Assembly (NCBI RefSeq): GCF_006345805.1
Contig: NC_043004.1
Span: 3,844,001 to 3,908,000, forward strand
Reading direction: 5' to 3'
DNA: 64,000 nt
From: Octopus sinensis
Lineage: Eukaryota
The notes beneath the pieces were generated by a model. That model did no database searches, was not told where the DNA came from, and worked only from the letters and a program-made list of their open reading frames with translations. The first letter of the stretch is position 1. Every line of letters begins with the position of its first letter. Below are positions 41,275 through 55,183 of the stretch, one piece after another. The translations under genes were made by a program, and so were the position numbers.

Positions 41275-41590
41275 CACAATGGCACTCCGTCGGTTAGGAC
41301 AATGAGGGTTCCAGTTGAGCCGATCAACGGAACAGCCTCTTTCTGAAATTAGTAAGTGGCTAAGCGCTCCACAAACACGCATGTCCTTAGCGTAAATTCT
41401 CGGGTAAATTCAGCGTCAGACAGAATATGGCAAGGCTGGCCCATTGAATTACAGGTACAAATCATTTTAGTGTAGTAGAACAACGTGAAATGAAGTATTT
41501 TGCTCAAGGGCACAACGTGCCGCCGCCAGGAAACGAACTCACGATCTTCTGATCGTGAACCGAATAGACTAACCACTGAGCCACGTTCCT
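41275..41590 (-). mobile_element. SINE family C with a long conserved central domain
   Basis: The domain ccgatcaacggaacagcc...tggctgagcactccacagacacg recurs at 35695-35875, 48395-48550 and 60405-60570. Confidence 0.8.
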
Positions 41591-44185
41591 TCGCTCTTAT
41601 TCACGCATGGAGCATCCAGGACCACATTATCCAGTGCAAATGATGTGATATGAGGGAGATTTGGTTGTTGTTTGTTTCAGATCAAGTGATGGTGAGACGG
41701 CTTATAGATATAGCACTGTTTCCATGCTATTGTCTGAAACGTTTTGTCCGGACAAAATGAATGCCGGACAAAATGCTGTTTCAATTCAATTTATTTCATT
41801 TCATGTTGTACTTCTAAGTTCAAATTCCACACATAGTTTAGATTTTCCTTTTATCCTTCTGCGTTCGATAGAACACCAAACAGCTAAGCACTGGGCTATA
41901 ATCGACAAACTGTTTACCTCGAGCCTTATATCAGGCCACCACCCCAGAAAAGCAATCCACTGTGGTCTGAAATATTCATTTACAGGCAATAAGCCAGATT
42001 AGGAATGCGCTCTCGACCGGCGCCCATGGAGCCCTCCGGACAACCCAAGTGTACCTTGAGACGGAACTGTATGCATCCGTGGCTTAACAAATTTATAGCG
42101 TTCTGGATGCTGGAATGAGTAGGGTACCTTTTATAATTTCACATTTCTAGGTTCAAATCTTGGCCGGGACTACTTTGCTTTTCATCTTTCTGCGGTCGAT
42201 ACCACAAAAATCAATTCCAAAGTATGACGACAATGTAATCGATCGTGTTTTTTCTTAAATACGTCGTCGGTTGTGTAAATTTAAGAAATCACTGTGTCCT
42301 TAGAAGTTCCTTAAGCTACGAGGACGGTTCGTATCAGGGGTTTCCGTGAGGTTATATGTATCAAAGACAAACCTATATCAGCCCTAGATAAGATGCCTCT
42401 CTATCGCAAATGAGTTTTTTTTTTTCAAGACAGACGAAACGCGGCACTAGATACCAACGAAGCTGTCACTGTTGCTGTTGTTGCTATAGGTTACAATGCT
42501 GGCATCGGCCATTTTGATGAAGCTGTTAAGATTTGTAGGACTGGGCCATTGACACAGCGCTGATAAGATACGAACTCTGAACAGTTCAGTTGGCTATCCG
42601 GGATTCCATTGCTTTGGCCAATGATATGGTATGATAAATGTAAGAAGACAAAACTTTATGCGAACTTTCATTTGTCATACCATAATTAACATTTCCGTCT
42701 CTATACAGGCCTTCCAAAAAGGCACGAATCCTTCCTAAGCTCCCTTTGTTAGAGGCTTGTAGTATTGCACTCAATTTATACCCCAATAGGCTTTAAATTC
42801 CATTTACAACAAACAAGAAGAGTCAGTAACCAGGTTACATCCGAAGCCAACTGAATTCATTCACATCAGACGTGAGCAGCCAATGAGGTATTCAAAAATA
42901 GTTGGAAAATCATTATTTGTTTAATAAAGTGCACAAAACTGTGAAGATCACAGTAACGCTGTGTACACATATTTTTAACTGACTCTTGCACACGAAATTG
43001 TGAAATGCATTCGCTGAGGGATTTTGTATCAGAAACAAATTCTCTCTATATATTTGTATGTAAAAACACAGCAAGTCGTGTTCTAAGTGACGCCAACGGA
43101 CAGCCAGACACACTGTTTTGGCATAATTTCGCCTCTTCAGTAGCGGATACTGCCTCCTCGTTCATTCGGGGCTAGGTCGGAACTTCTGCTCTTATATAGA
43201 AACAGTAAATAATTATTTTACTGCTGTGAAGTTATCACTTCCTCTTCTTGCAAAGGTAAGGAGGTGATCGAGGCTGGAGAAAGTAAAAACATCAATGGAG
43301 ACAGTAAGAAAAGAATGAAAAATAAAAAAATAAAACATGAGTCCATCTTTCGCGAATGGGATGCGGGAAACCCCTTATAAAAAGGTACTGATTCTAGAAC
43401 TTAAACTTCACCGTTGTCTTAATAAATTTCCTGGAAAAGCCAAGACAAAAGTCAACAAAACTCAGCGCTAGTTGAGAATATAGGACACTTGTACGTCCAA
43501 TCCCAGAGTAATAGACACACCAATAGAGTGTCAACAGAGTGATGGAATCTTAGAGATTCGACGAACATTGAAGATCCTCAAAGGCTATTCAGGTGACCTC
43601 TTTTGCGGGAGGCAATGTGGAGGGAGCATCGCCGAAGTCATGGGGTGAAGAGCCTGATTTCTATCCTGTGACTGCTTATGACCCCTTTGTGGGTGGATTG
43701 CTTTTATTTGTTTTGAGTACAAAGTTTTAATCTGTTTTAATAAATTGTATTGCATTTTTCCCAGCCTTCTTCTTTACACACACACACACAGTATACTGTT
43801 CCGTGAAAGTAAATTCAACAAAATTGTAGAACTTCATTCAGTGAGAGATAAATAGCATTTAATGTACGCAGTAAAAAGATACACGCCACTAATAGTTTCA
43901 AGTATTGGAGAGGCGAGTCTAAGCGGGTTTTATAACACGCCTTGTGTGTGTGTGTGTGTGTTTCTGGGTATGAGGCACACATGGATTCCACAGGATACAT
44001 CATTATTAATCTTAGTGAGATATTTTCCACCAAAACAACACAAAAGGTGTCCATATGAACTATAAATTATTTGATAAATAAGTTTGTAGAGTGAAAGAAA
44101 AGGTGAAAAGAGTCGCATTGTTGTATAAAACACAGAGCATAGGGACAGACCCCAAAACGCATATACACTAATACATATGCACACA

Positions 44186-44243
<58 letters not shown>

Positions 44244-46138
44244 CACATGTTTTGTAAACCCATTTTCATGACATTGTATTGTATGGTAATAAAGAAAGAA
44301 TTGCTGTTGTTGTCGTCGTCGATAGAACTGTAAATGGCAGAACAGGCAAAAGCCGGAATAAAAATGCCTTATCGATTTTACTCCATTTACTTTCAAACTG
44401 CAAATACATCCGGGAACGACTTTGACTTTCATCCTACCGGAGTAGATAGAATATATACCAGTTAAATATTGGGAGCGATTAAATACACTTTGTCCCCTCA
44501 ATTGTTACAAATCATTATTATTACTACTGCTGACATTTCATTTTCGTTTCACTGAAATTTGGGAGCGTTTGATTTAAGCTGAGAGACTTGCCAAATAGAT
44601 GCTGTTAATTTTATCTAATTATTTTTTCCTAATTGCAAGAAATATTGAAATGAACCAAAATAGCGGGGATTTTTGGTCCCCGTGTGTGCTCCTGCTCTGC
44701 TTTGTCCATTCTCTAAAAATGGACTAAGCGGTGTAGGAGCACACATGGGGGTTCTTTTTTTCCTGTTGCAAGAATGAGAAAGAAATACAAGTGAGAAATG
44801 GGAATCAATCACAGAAACCCATAAACATATCTCCTTTAATGATTATTCACATTAACCCAATGTTCGTTTGACTTTATTCCATATACGCATCTATCACTCA
44901 GTCATTCATGATGAGTGGTAGATACAGTGTGACCGAGAGATCAGCTTTTCAAATTCTTGGCTCCGGTACTATGCTCTATTTGTGCCTAGATGGCTCAGTT
45001 TATTGAGCTGTACATAGGTGACACATGGTAAGAACATCTAGTTGTTGAATGTAGATTCCAGCCAAAAACCGATGAGTGTTTCATTAGCTGGAGGTGCTCA
45101 GTTTAATTATTCCACAGTGTATAACCAGGAGAAGAATGAGCTCAAATGATTTGACTGTCACAGTTGAACAACATGAGTGACCTAAAAGTTGACGCCGGAG
45201 CCTTTGTGAGATCGCCGATGTACAAGAAAAAGTAGACTAATCTGTCGCGAATATACCTATCCCATCGCCTTAAAAACAAAACAAAACAAAACATTGGAAA
45301 ATGTAGTTCTAGACATTATACCCGAAATAAAAGACGAGATGGTCACAAATGGAACACTATTGAACACAGTGAGGAAAGTGTGATATGCCAGATATGATAA
45401 GATATGCATGTGGATCGTGGAAAGATCAGTAATCGACCATCGTAAAAAGATGTTAATCTCTCGTGTAATTGTAAAAATATTTTGCTGTGTGTAACGGATG
45501 CAATGGTGAATGTTTTGTTGGCGCAAAGTCTATCTTGGTTTTCTACCATGAATGGCTGAATAACAACGACATCGAGTGATTAAGGATTTCTTCATTAGTG
45601 TGTAGCGTTACGTTCATGTCGTTTTATGGATCCGAATTGTGCAAGAAACGGTAAATCTCTTAGCACCCTATCTATTATAGAATCTACAATTTACTGCTTT
45701 TTTACCCGAGATGTGTGCCTTTGTGTCCAGCCTTGCTCAACAGAACCAAAAAACCCCCTCCTCCGGATGTCTTTGACGGACTTCATTCAGTTGCACTTCT
45801 TCCCATTAAGCCTCCAACCTAACTATAACTCCCTCTCTTTCTCCCACCTACTTTTCCAACCACCTACCCAAGAGGCCCTGAAAAAAAACCATGGACTCTC
45901 TCCTTTCTAATTTAAATCTACCATAAAAGCAGTTAGAAATCAAATGTTTTAAGCGTTGCCGGCTGTTGAAAGACTGAAACTACGATCCATGTTCAAACCA
46001 GGCTAGTGTTTTAGTCATTTCATTTATTCCGTTCACTCCTTGTATTTTCCGCCACATTCAATGCCTCGATAAAGCAGCATCCATCCATGATATGCAACAT
46101 TCAGAATTTAGAGAACATTTTACATCAATTTATATAAC

Positions 46139-46350
46139 CCTTTCTACTATAGGCACAAGGCCTGAAATTCGAGGGAGGGCGATGAGTCGATTACATCAAC
46201 CCCAGTCTTCAACTGGCTCTAATTTTATTGACCCCGAAAGGATGAAAGGCAAAGTCGACCTCGGCAGAACTTGAACACAAAACGTAGCGGCAGACGAAAT
46301 ACCGCTAAGCATTTCGCCCGGTGTGCTAACGTTTCTGCCAGCTCGCCACC
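46139..46350 (-). mobile_element. Full-length SINE family A with a 19-bp TSD
   Basis: ttacatcaatttatataac at 46120-46138 and 46351-46369. Confidence 0.9.
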
Positions 46351-46383
46351 TTACATCAATTTATATAACTGAGAATTCAGGCA

Positions 46384-46438
<55 letters not shown>

Positions 46439-46613
46439 GTTTCCCATTTTTTCTCGTTGTTTACGTTTTTCATGTTATTTTCAGTGTTGGTGACGTCCTG
46501 TACTCATATATGCATGTATATATATATTATATTATATTATATTATATTATATCATATTATATTATATTATATTCTACTATATTATATTATATTATATTAT
46601 ATTATATATTATT

Positions 46614-46731
<118 letters not shown>

Positions 46732-47150
46732 ATGTATGTATGTATGTATGTATATTTGTATGTATGTATGTTTGTATGTATGTATGTATGCATGTATGTA
46801 TGTATGTATGTATGTATGTATGTATGTATGTATGTATACATATGCCCATTAGATAAAACTTCGCTCTGTGAAAATATAATTGTTTTGTATTGTTCTGAAT
46901 GATTTAATTGCAACCATATTTCTCACAGCAATGGAAAAATATTCACAACAGTCATTACAGAACGCTGCTTTAGAGCAAATTCTTGAAGTTTTCTTTCAAG
47001 AAATCTATAAATCTATACAACTTATATCATTATTCTGTGTACAAGCTTCTCTATAAGACACCTCGATCTGTATAACAATTTTTGAAATTGAAAATATTAA
47101 ATGTGAATAATTGCTATAACTATATGTGTGTGTGTGCCCAATACATACAT

Positions 47151-47567
47151 ATTTCTTTATTACCCACAAGGGGCTAAACATAGAGGGGACAAACAAGGAC
47201 AGACATAGGTATTAAGTCGATTACATCGACCCCAGTGCGTAACTGGTACTTAATTTATCGACCCCGAAAGGATGAAAGGCAAATCAACCTCGGCGGAATT
47301 TGAACTCACAACGTAACGACAAGCGAAATACCTATTTCTTTATTACCCACAAGGGGCTAAACACAGAGGGGACAAACAAGGACAGACATAGGTATTAAGC
47401 CGATTACATCGATCCCAGTGCGTAACTGGTACTTAACTTATCGACCCCGAAAGGATGAAAGGCAAAGTCGACCTCGGCGGAATTTGAACTCACAACGTAA
47501 CGGCAGACGAAATACCGCTAAGCATTTCGCCCGGCGTGCTAACGTTACTGCCAGCTCGCCGCCTTAA
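47151..47567 (-). mobile_element. Dimeric SINE family A with an 18-bp TSD
   Basis: Two head-to-tail ~182-bp core+tail units with one head; tgtgcccaatacatacat at 47133-47150 and 47568-47585. Confidence 0.9.
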
Positions 47568-47634
47568 TGTGCCCAATACATACATGCAGATATATATGTG
47601 TGTGTGTGTGTGCGTGTGCACATATATATATATA

Positions 47635-47855
47635 CAGTAATCTCTCTACTATCGCGAGTGTTACGTTCCAAAAGGCCCCGCGATAGGTGAAAATCCGCGA
47701 AGTAGAAACAATACTGTACTGTATATCTTTTTATTATTTTTATAATTTGTATATATTTATTTCATCATAAATGCAAAGCAACACCACGGAGGATTCGACG
47801 TAAGCTTAAATAATAAACCGCGATAGATGAACCGCGATATGGAGAGGAATTACTG
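47635..47855. mobile_element. Tigger/pogo-like MITE (221 bp)
   Basis: TIRs cagtaatctctctactatcgcg / cgcgatatggagaggaattactg with a TA duplication on both sides. Confidence 0.8.
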
Positions 47856-48659
47856 TATGTATGTATGTATATATATATATATATATATAATACAAATGCA
47901 TACTTATATGCATATATACATCCTCACGTATATCCCGAGTGGAGGCGCGTTGCCCAGTGATTGTAGTTTGGGGTTCAATTCCTGGAGTAGGCAGATCGTT
48001 GTAATTTTGAGCAAGGCACTTCATTTTCCTTCACTCCGGTTTACTCAGCTGTAAGTTAGTATCAAGAGAGTGCTGGTACCGCCCTCTCTTCCTTCAGCTG
48101 TCACATTCTCCGTGCTCGGGAGGCCGAGACAGTGTCTTACTCTGTTTACGACTGCACACGCCCCTTAAGTAATTATCGAAAGCACAAGCCAACAAGTCAC
48201 ACCCGTTTACCTAAGAGCATAGATTTGGATTGAGTCTGTCACTTGCTATTCTGAGCTGAGTCTCACTTGTAGGTGAATAAGATCTTCAGAATAGCGGGAG
48301 ACTGACTGCAACAGAATAAAATATAATATTAATCTCTCTAGTATGGTATCGAGTGCTCCCCATATCTATAACGTGGCACTTCGTCGATTGCAACGACGAG
48401 CGTTTCAGTTGATCCGATCAACGGACCAGCCTGCTCGTGAAATTAACTTGCAAGTGGCTGAGCACTCCACAGACACGTGTACCCTTAACGTAGTTCTCAG
48501 GGCAGATTCAGTGTGACACAGAGTGTGACAAGGCTGACTTCTTTGAAATACAGGTACAACAGAAACAGGAAGAAAGAGTGAGAGAAAGATGTGGTGAAAG
48601 AGTACAGCAGGGTTCGCCTCCACCCCTTGCCGGAGCAATATACGAGCAATAAACGAGCA

Positions 48660-48691
<32 letters not shown>

Positions 48692-49299
48692 TATATATAT
48701 GTGAAAAATGAAGTTCGAAAATGCTGCTGTATTATACAATTTTTAATTTTTATATATACATTATAACATGTTTCAGTTATATATATATATATATATATAA
48801 TGTCTTTGCTGTTATGTAATGGTGTAATAAAGTATTGATTGGGTATTATCTGATGGTTGATGTTTGATTGATTTAAGTATGTTTCTCCATTTTCTAATTT
48901 TGAATATATATATATATATATACATACATGTATGTGTTACGTGTGTGTGTGCAAAAATATAATTGGAAAACGACGTAAATATGGTTTTTTCCTAGTTTTG
49001 ATAAAATATCGTTTCACCTCTGACTTTACATAAACCAAGCTTTAACTGAGAAACACGTGACTATGTAGGCCTCTTATTTGATTCCTTTGTCTCTTCCTTC
49101 AGTTTTAATGGCGTCGTTTGTTATTAAATCTATCATAAATCTTCGATAATTTTTTTAACTTTCTACTTAATCCCACAATATGTTAAAAACTGAAACGAAT
49201 TCTTTCTAATTTTCTGTAAATCTTGAAAATGGATGCTAGACATGTTCTGCTTTTAATGTCAGAAAGCAGAAGAAGGTGACCGGACATAATTGTTTGCAC

Positions 49300-49465
49300 A
49301 CTCGACAAAATACTTAGCGGCATTTTTCTCGGCTTTACATTCTGAGTTCAAGTTCCGCCGAGGTCAACTTCGCCTTTCAGCCTTTCGGGGTCGGTAAAAT
49401 AAGTACCAGTTGATATGACTGACTAGCCCCTCCTCACAATATTTCAGGCCTTGTACCCATAATAT
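49300..49465 (+). mobile_element. SINE family A (5'-eroded)
   Basis: Homology to the family A core. Confidence 0.75.
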
Positions 49466-50047
49466 AAAGAAATATAAGCAAACATAATCCCGCTGCTGAC
49501 AGCAGCAAGGACCCACGTAAAAGACATTTTGTAAGTGATCTCTGCACACCCACATAATAACTCTGAAGACAGTGAGGTCTGAGGAAAAGGTGTGTGACCT
49601 CCAGAAAATCTTTCTGATCATTTAAAAGTCTACACTTCCCTTTTGGTGTTATCTTACTCTGTTTATGAGCGGAACATTTTGGTTTGTCTCTTAAAGTTGT
49701 CAGTTTAAATGTTATAATAACAGGAATTTTCTCGCTGTCAGCTGTATGGGGGGAACTGTTCAATACGAGGACTGTCAGAGGAGAGAACCTGCACACATAA
49801 ATCTCCGTTATAGGATTAAGGGATATATTTTGTGTTTAGAAATATTTAAATTTTTAATTTTGGTTTCGTCTGAAATACAATCTTAGGCTTTGTACAGTTT
49901 TTTTTTATAACCAAATAAAATGGAATTCGAGCAAAAATCAATTAGTAAACGTTTTTCAGTCCATGGCCAGTTCTTAAAGAACAGAGCAAACAAATAATGA
50001 AAGATGTTCTTTTTTTTTTACCCAGACATGCTGTATCTAGGATTATA

Positions 50048-50564
50048 CAGGGCGCCCCCTCAAAACTGATATCATTTCAGAGTCTGATAACAAAGCCAAT
50101 TCTCGCTCAAATGATTTTGGGATCGGACATACCAGTGATAATGACATTGTGCTGTTGAAATGGCCACCACGTTCACCTGACTAGATACCTTTTGGGGCTT
50201 TCTTTCTATGGTGCTATGTGAAAGGAACGGTCTATATCCCACCTCTTCCCACAGGAACTCAAGCAGAGAATCAATGAGGCTCTGGAGAATATTACGCAAG
50301 ACATTCTACAGCGTGTCTGGCAGGAGCTGGACGACCGACTTAACGTGTGTCATGTCACATGCGTTGCGCATATTGAACATTTGTGAAGCTTTGTGAAATC
50401 CGTTATAGAATCTATAAAATCCTTCTGAATCTCTTGTTTGAATTTTAATAAATAAATCTTTATTGTTCAACATGAAACCTATTTAATTTCGTTTGCCTCA
50501 GACATGTAGTTACTCAGATATTCACATTTCAAATGATGTCAATTTTTTGGGAGGACACCCTTTG
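50048..50564 (+). mobile_element. Internally deleted Tc1/mariner element with both TIRs
   Basis: WPPRSPD*...FFLWCYVKGTVYIPPLP...ELKQRI...QRVWQELDDRLNVC...HIEHL* transposase C-terminus; ~40-bp imperfect TIRs (cagggcgccccctcaaaa / ttttgggaggacaccctttg); TA at the left end. Confidence 0.85.
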
Positions 50565-51924
50565 TTATCAATATGTTCTTCAGACAAAGGGCGTGATTTG
50601 TAAGAGATTTGGCTGCTACTTCTAAAAGAACAGACCAAAGGAATCAGTTACAATTAATTATCTCCAATAATCTCTGGAAAACTGAAGTCGAAATCGGTTG
50701 ACTAAAACTTTTGTCGTAGTTTGATGTTTGTACATATAAAAAAAACCATAGCGACTGATGTAGAGGCTTACACAGAAAGATCAACGTCTGGACAATGTCC
50801 GCCCTTCCTCGTAAATTGTCCAAATCATTTACGCTACCATCGACTACAGAAAATGTATGAATATCACAGAACATCGACTCCTAATTACTGAAAATAAAAG
50901 TATTTAACTTTGCTTCTGTGAGATAAAAACACAATTTGAAATTATGACGATTGCCATTGAGCAGAAGCACATTTCAGATAATCCTAACTCGGTGATAGCT
51001 AATTACTTTCACTCATATTGTTAATAAGCGTGCGAAGTATGGGAGTCTTTGTGCTTTCCCACCTCCCTGAAGGCAATAGGAGTGAACCATGAAGGAACCA
51101 CAAGATAGGATTGGTTAGTCCATACTACTCCGTGAGGAGCACAGGCCAGGTTCCTGGGTTTTCTAATGTCCATTGCAGGATTACCGATTTTCACCCGCTG
51201 GGAGGACTGGCGCCAACTGAAATGAAATGTTTTGCTCAAGAATACATCACAACACTCAGTTCAGGAATCGAAACTACAATCTTACAATCACGAATCCAAC
51301 ACCCTAAATATTACGCTATTCGCCTTCACACAAGGTAGTATTAGTAACCAAAATTTTCCTCCAAAATCTCACCCAGACATATTAAAAAGAAAAAGAATAT
51401 GTGACGAAAAAATGTTATGACAGGCACCGTTTGAATACTTTTAATCATCGGCTCCTTCTCTCAAGGTAGTCATGGAGTCCAAAGAACAAGAAGAAGCGAA
51501 GACGCAGTTCTTTAATAGGGAAGTATGGAACGGTTCCTTTTATTTGTCCATTTAATTGGTCAAGTCAGTGGGTGTCAGCGTTTTGATCAAAGGATCGAAT
51601 CGTTTCTTACTTTTTCTTTTTAGTACTGAATGGTGGAATCATTAGAATTCGTTACGACTCTGTGTTTTGAGTTCAAATTCTACAGACATCAACTTTGCCT
51701 TTCATCCTTACAGGATTGATAAATAAAAGAAAAAGAAGAAAAGTAACAGACCAGCATCTTTTTTTCTTTCTGAATGAAATTTGGGTGGAAAATCACAAAA
51801 ATTACAGAAAAATAATTTTGTTAGACACCCTGGTTTATCAAGAATTACTTCGCCGATGAGAATGTGTGTGTGTATATATATATGAAGGTTGATATATATA
51901 TATATATATATATGGAACACGAGT

Positions 51925-52165
51925 TGATATATATATATGGAAAAAAGTCAAGGTAGAAAATGCTGAAATAATTTTATAAAAAACCTTTCAGCACCGGTTT
52001 CAATCATTGAGACTTTTTCAACTGTAAGTATGGAAAACAATTAAATTTTGGAAAAATTAAATGAAAAGTTTTTTTAAAGAATATTTGCATAATATTCAAA
52101 TACAAGAGGGGCACTTTCCTTGTTTCTGCCTGTCTCTGTGTCTCTTGTTTACTTTTGTGGGTTCG

Positions 52166-52175
<10 letters not shown>
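51925..52175 (-). mobile_element. Penelope-like terminal fragment between TA arrays (host of the U3:A8 hammerhead)
   Basis: TA-flanked segment containing the minimal hammerhead fold. Confidence 0.4.
51989..52024 (-). ncRNA. Minimal hammerhead ribozyme variant (U3:A8 core), cleavage site mutated
   Basis: Minus strand cag-TTGAAAA-AGTC-tcaat-GATT-GAAA-CCGG-TG-ctg: stems I, II and palindromic III present; C3-G8 replaced by U3-A8; position 17 is G. Confidence 0.5.
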
Positions 52176-52196
<21 letters not shown>

Positions 52197-53829
52197 AGAT
52201 GGATTTGTGAACACTTACCGTCGACAAAATTTAACTCAAAAGGAATTAATTAATTTGAGGCCAATATAAGAAAATAATCTGTCTAAGGCTCTTATATCAA
52301 CCGTCCCGGTGGAATGAAAGGAAAAAGCGTCTTTGGGATTTGAAATAATTATGTCAAAAATCTTTTTAAAATCCCACATCCCATTTTTGACGGGTACTTA
52401 AGCACTTTACTGTTCCCTGATAAATACTGGTTGATCGATTTCTGAAATAAACTTGTCACTTTGTTACATTCCACAATTCCTGTATAATAATCAGAATTAA
52501 AAGTAGAATGCAATAAATGTCTCGTTCCTAAAGATTCCAAGTTCAAATCCTGCTAGAATCGACTTCACCTTTTATTCTTTGCAGATCCTGGGTCAATATA
52601 AATCAAGTGTATATCACCTCAACAAACTTGTCTTCTCTACAAGGTTGCTCGAGCTGCTAGTAATAACAGCTAAAATCTCTTTCCCATCACACGCTACTAT
52701 CAACCGTAAACACTATTTCATGGTAAAATAATAAAAAAAACAAAGTGGTCACTGGCTGGAATGTTTTTGATTACAGGTCGACTTGTTGAGAGCCTACTCG
52801 GGGCTAAAAAAAGGAACAACTTTTCATTTCCAACTAATCTAAGAAGAAACTTATTAAATATGCGAAACATGGAATAGAATGAAAATATTCTGGATTGATA
52901 TTCTATCGTTATTCGCTTCTGTCCACTTGTTTCTATATTAGGGTACTGCCATGTTTCTCTTTGAATTCAATCGCTCCAGAACCAACCAAAAAATTCTCAA
53001 TAGAATAATTTCTAAGTTATCTTTCATAGAGGGCTCTTTTACAAAACTTCCTTTATTAAAGGTTTAAATCTGATGTAAATGTTTCAGATATTGTGATGAA
53101 AGTCAAGTATTATTGGAAGTTTTAAAATATCTTAATGGACATGCAAAATGAACGGTGAGGATGTAAGCCTCCGCTCAAATTGCTAAAAGTTGTTGTTAAT
53201 TGTCCCTCAAATCACACCTTACCATCTCGAGAGAAGGATCACATTGAGTAGTGATAATCGAAAAATACAAGAAGGACGTTAATATTTTAATCTCTGTTCG
53301 ACAAGGTTTCCCCCTAAAGCCAAACAACATCAATAACAACAAAATCAAATATTCTAATCATATGAGGGTATCGCTGTATCAATTATTTCATTCATCAATC
53401 ACAAGAATCGAAGTTGATTATAGACTGCAGCGGGCAGAATGACAAAGAAACCAAAACTTATCTACGGCCAATCAGAAGTTTTGAAGTTGCCTGCATTCAC
53501 GATTTTGTTATTCTTTTAACTATCTTAATTTTAATGAAGTCATTAAAATGGCACCAAGAAATGGTTTTCTGATGTGTGTGTGTGTGTTTTGTTTATATGT
53601 GGTGATGCGCCATGTGTCATGTGATGCGTACAACATTAAAATGGTTAACAGACTCTTCGGATCTTAAGTGTGTCGAAGTAAAGTTACACTATTTCCGATA
53701 TTCAAGAATACAAAAACATAAATACATGCACGCGTTTGCATAAACACATAGACACACAGACAGAACACACAAATATGCGTAACCACAAACACTCGACAAC
53801 ACACACACATCTATGTATATATGGATGCA

Positions 53830-54003
53830 TCCCTATAATATATATGATATATATAAAATATATACATATAAGTAATATATTATATATATATATATATATA
53901 ATATATATATATTATATTTACATATATAATATATATATATATGTAATATATACAAATGTATAACATATGTATATATACATATATATATATATGTGTATGT
54001 ATA

Positions 54004-54048
<45 letters not shown>

Positions 54049-54450
54049 TATATATATATGAAACATCCACATACTAATACATACAAATACACCCCCCCAC
54101 ACACACATACATCTATGCAATTTCATTTTAATTGATTTGATTTTAATTAACATGCGTGGGTTTTCTGCCAGTGCGTGTGTTCGTGTGTGTATCGCGAGTC
54201 GCTTTGACTTTAACCAAACTTTTAATACTCCAAGAACTACCCATTAAAGTTTTCTAACAGACCTGAAGAACTTTTTACGTAAAATGCCAACTGTTCAAAT
54301 TGTTCTAAAAGACAGAAATAAATACAATCGCAATTTTTGATATGACAAAAATATAATTATTTTAAAAACGAAAAACACACGCATGCACATAAGCACGCAC
54401 GTGCGTACATATATATACATATATACGGTTTTTTTGTGAATTCCAACTAC

Positions 54451-54497
<47 letters not shown>

Positions 54498-54522
54498 TAT
54501 ACATATACATATACATATGCAT

Positions 54523-54569
<47 letters not shown>

Positions 54570-54682
54570 GTGTATGCATATGTATATGTATATGTATATA
54601 TATGTATATATTATATATATATATCTATATATATATGTATATATGTATATATATGTATATATATATATATGCATATATTATG

Positions 54683-54713
<31 letters not shown>

Positions 54714-54727
54714 ATATATATATATTA

Positions 54728-54802
<75 letters not shown>

Positions 54803-54840
54803 ACATATGCATATGTATATGCATATGTATTGTATATAAA
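53830..54840. repeat. Large (TA)n-rich low-complexity blocks just downstream of the signal-peptide exon
   Basis: Direct inspection (53830-54060 and 54450-54840). Confidence 0.9.
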
Positions 54841-54869
54841 TGATAGTTAAGTTTTAAGAGAGCACTTAC

Positions 54870-54933
54870 CTGCATTTGCTATTGATAAAAGAATTACAGC
54901 AGAAAGGAGAAATAGACTGAGCCGAAGAGACAT
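54870..54933 (-). CDS. Coding exon 1 (signal peptide) of a putative excitatory peptide/GGN-amide/CCHamide-family neuropeptide precursor
   Basis: caacATG start; translates MSLRLSLFLLSAVILLSIANA (basic n-region, hydrophobic core, A-N-A cleavage motif) plus 1 nt, followed by a perfect CAG|GTAAGT donor (phase 1); TATA box and Inr directly upstream. Confidence 0.8.
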
Positions 54934-54953
54934 GTTGAGAGGAGAATTCTGAT

Positions 54954-54992
54954 CTAAATGAAGATTCTTCCGAAATGTACGGAATATTTATA
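54954..54992 (-). promoter_or_regulatory. Core promoter: TATA box (TATAAATA, 54992-54985) and Inr-like TCATTT (+1 about 54959)
   Basis: TATA first T about 33 nt upstream of a TCAKTY-type initiator, 26 nt before the ATG. Confidence 0.55.
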
Positions 54993-55161
54993 GAGCGATA
55001 CAAATTCTCAATCCTTGATTGGAATTCGCTTTGGCTTCTTTACAATCTTTCACAAAAGTTTTGTGTCGCTCACACACACACACAACACACACACACACAC
55101 ACACACGCAAACACGTACACTCACACATACACCTGTAAATAAGGACAGGAGCGCACACACA

Positions 55162-55183
55162 TGCGCACTCGCGCAACCCGCCC
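55162..55183 (-). promoter_or_regulatory. Proximal promoter GC box (GGGCGGG) next to a TGCGCA-rich element
   Basis: CCCGCCC at 55177-55183 on plus, adjacent to tgcgcactcgcgca, about 220 nt upstream of the predicted TSS in otherwise AT-rich DNA. Confidence 0.3.

Noticed and set aside
43141-43255. Plus-strand exon candidate with a strong AAG|GTAAGG donor
   Set aside because: No homology and no coherent plus-strand gene model
44940-45240. Possible old LINE RT remnant on minus (LFFLYIGDL)
   Set aside because: Only one short motif; too degenerate to call
49658-49788. Possible internal minus-strand exon (FSPLTVLVLNSSPHTADSEK...)
   Set aside because: Its open frame needs phase-2 entry, whereas exon 1 ends in phase 1 (that frame hits a stop); weak acceptor
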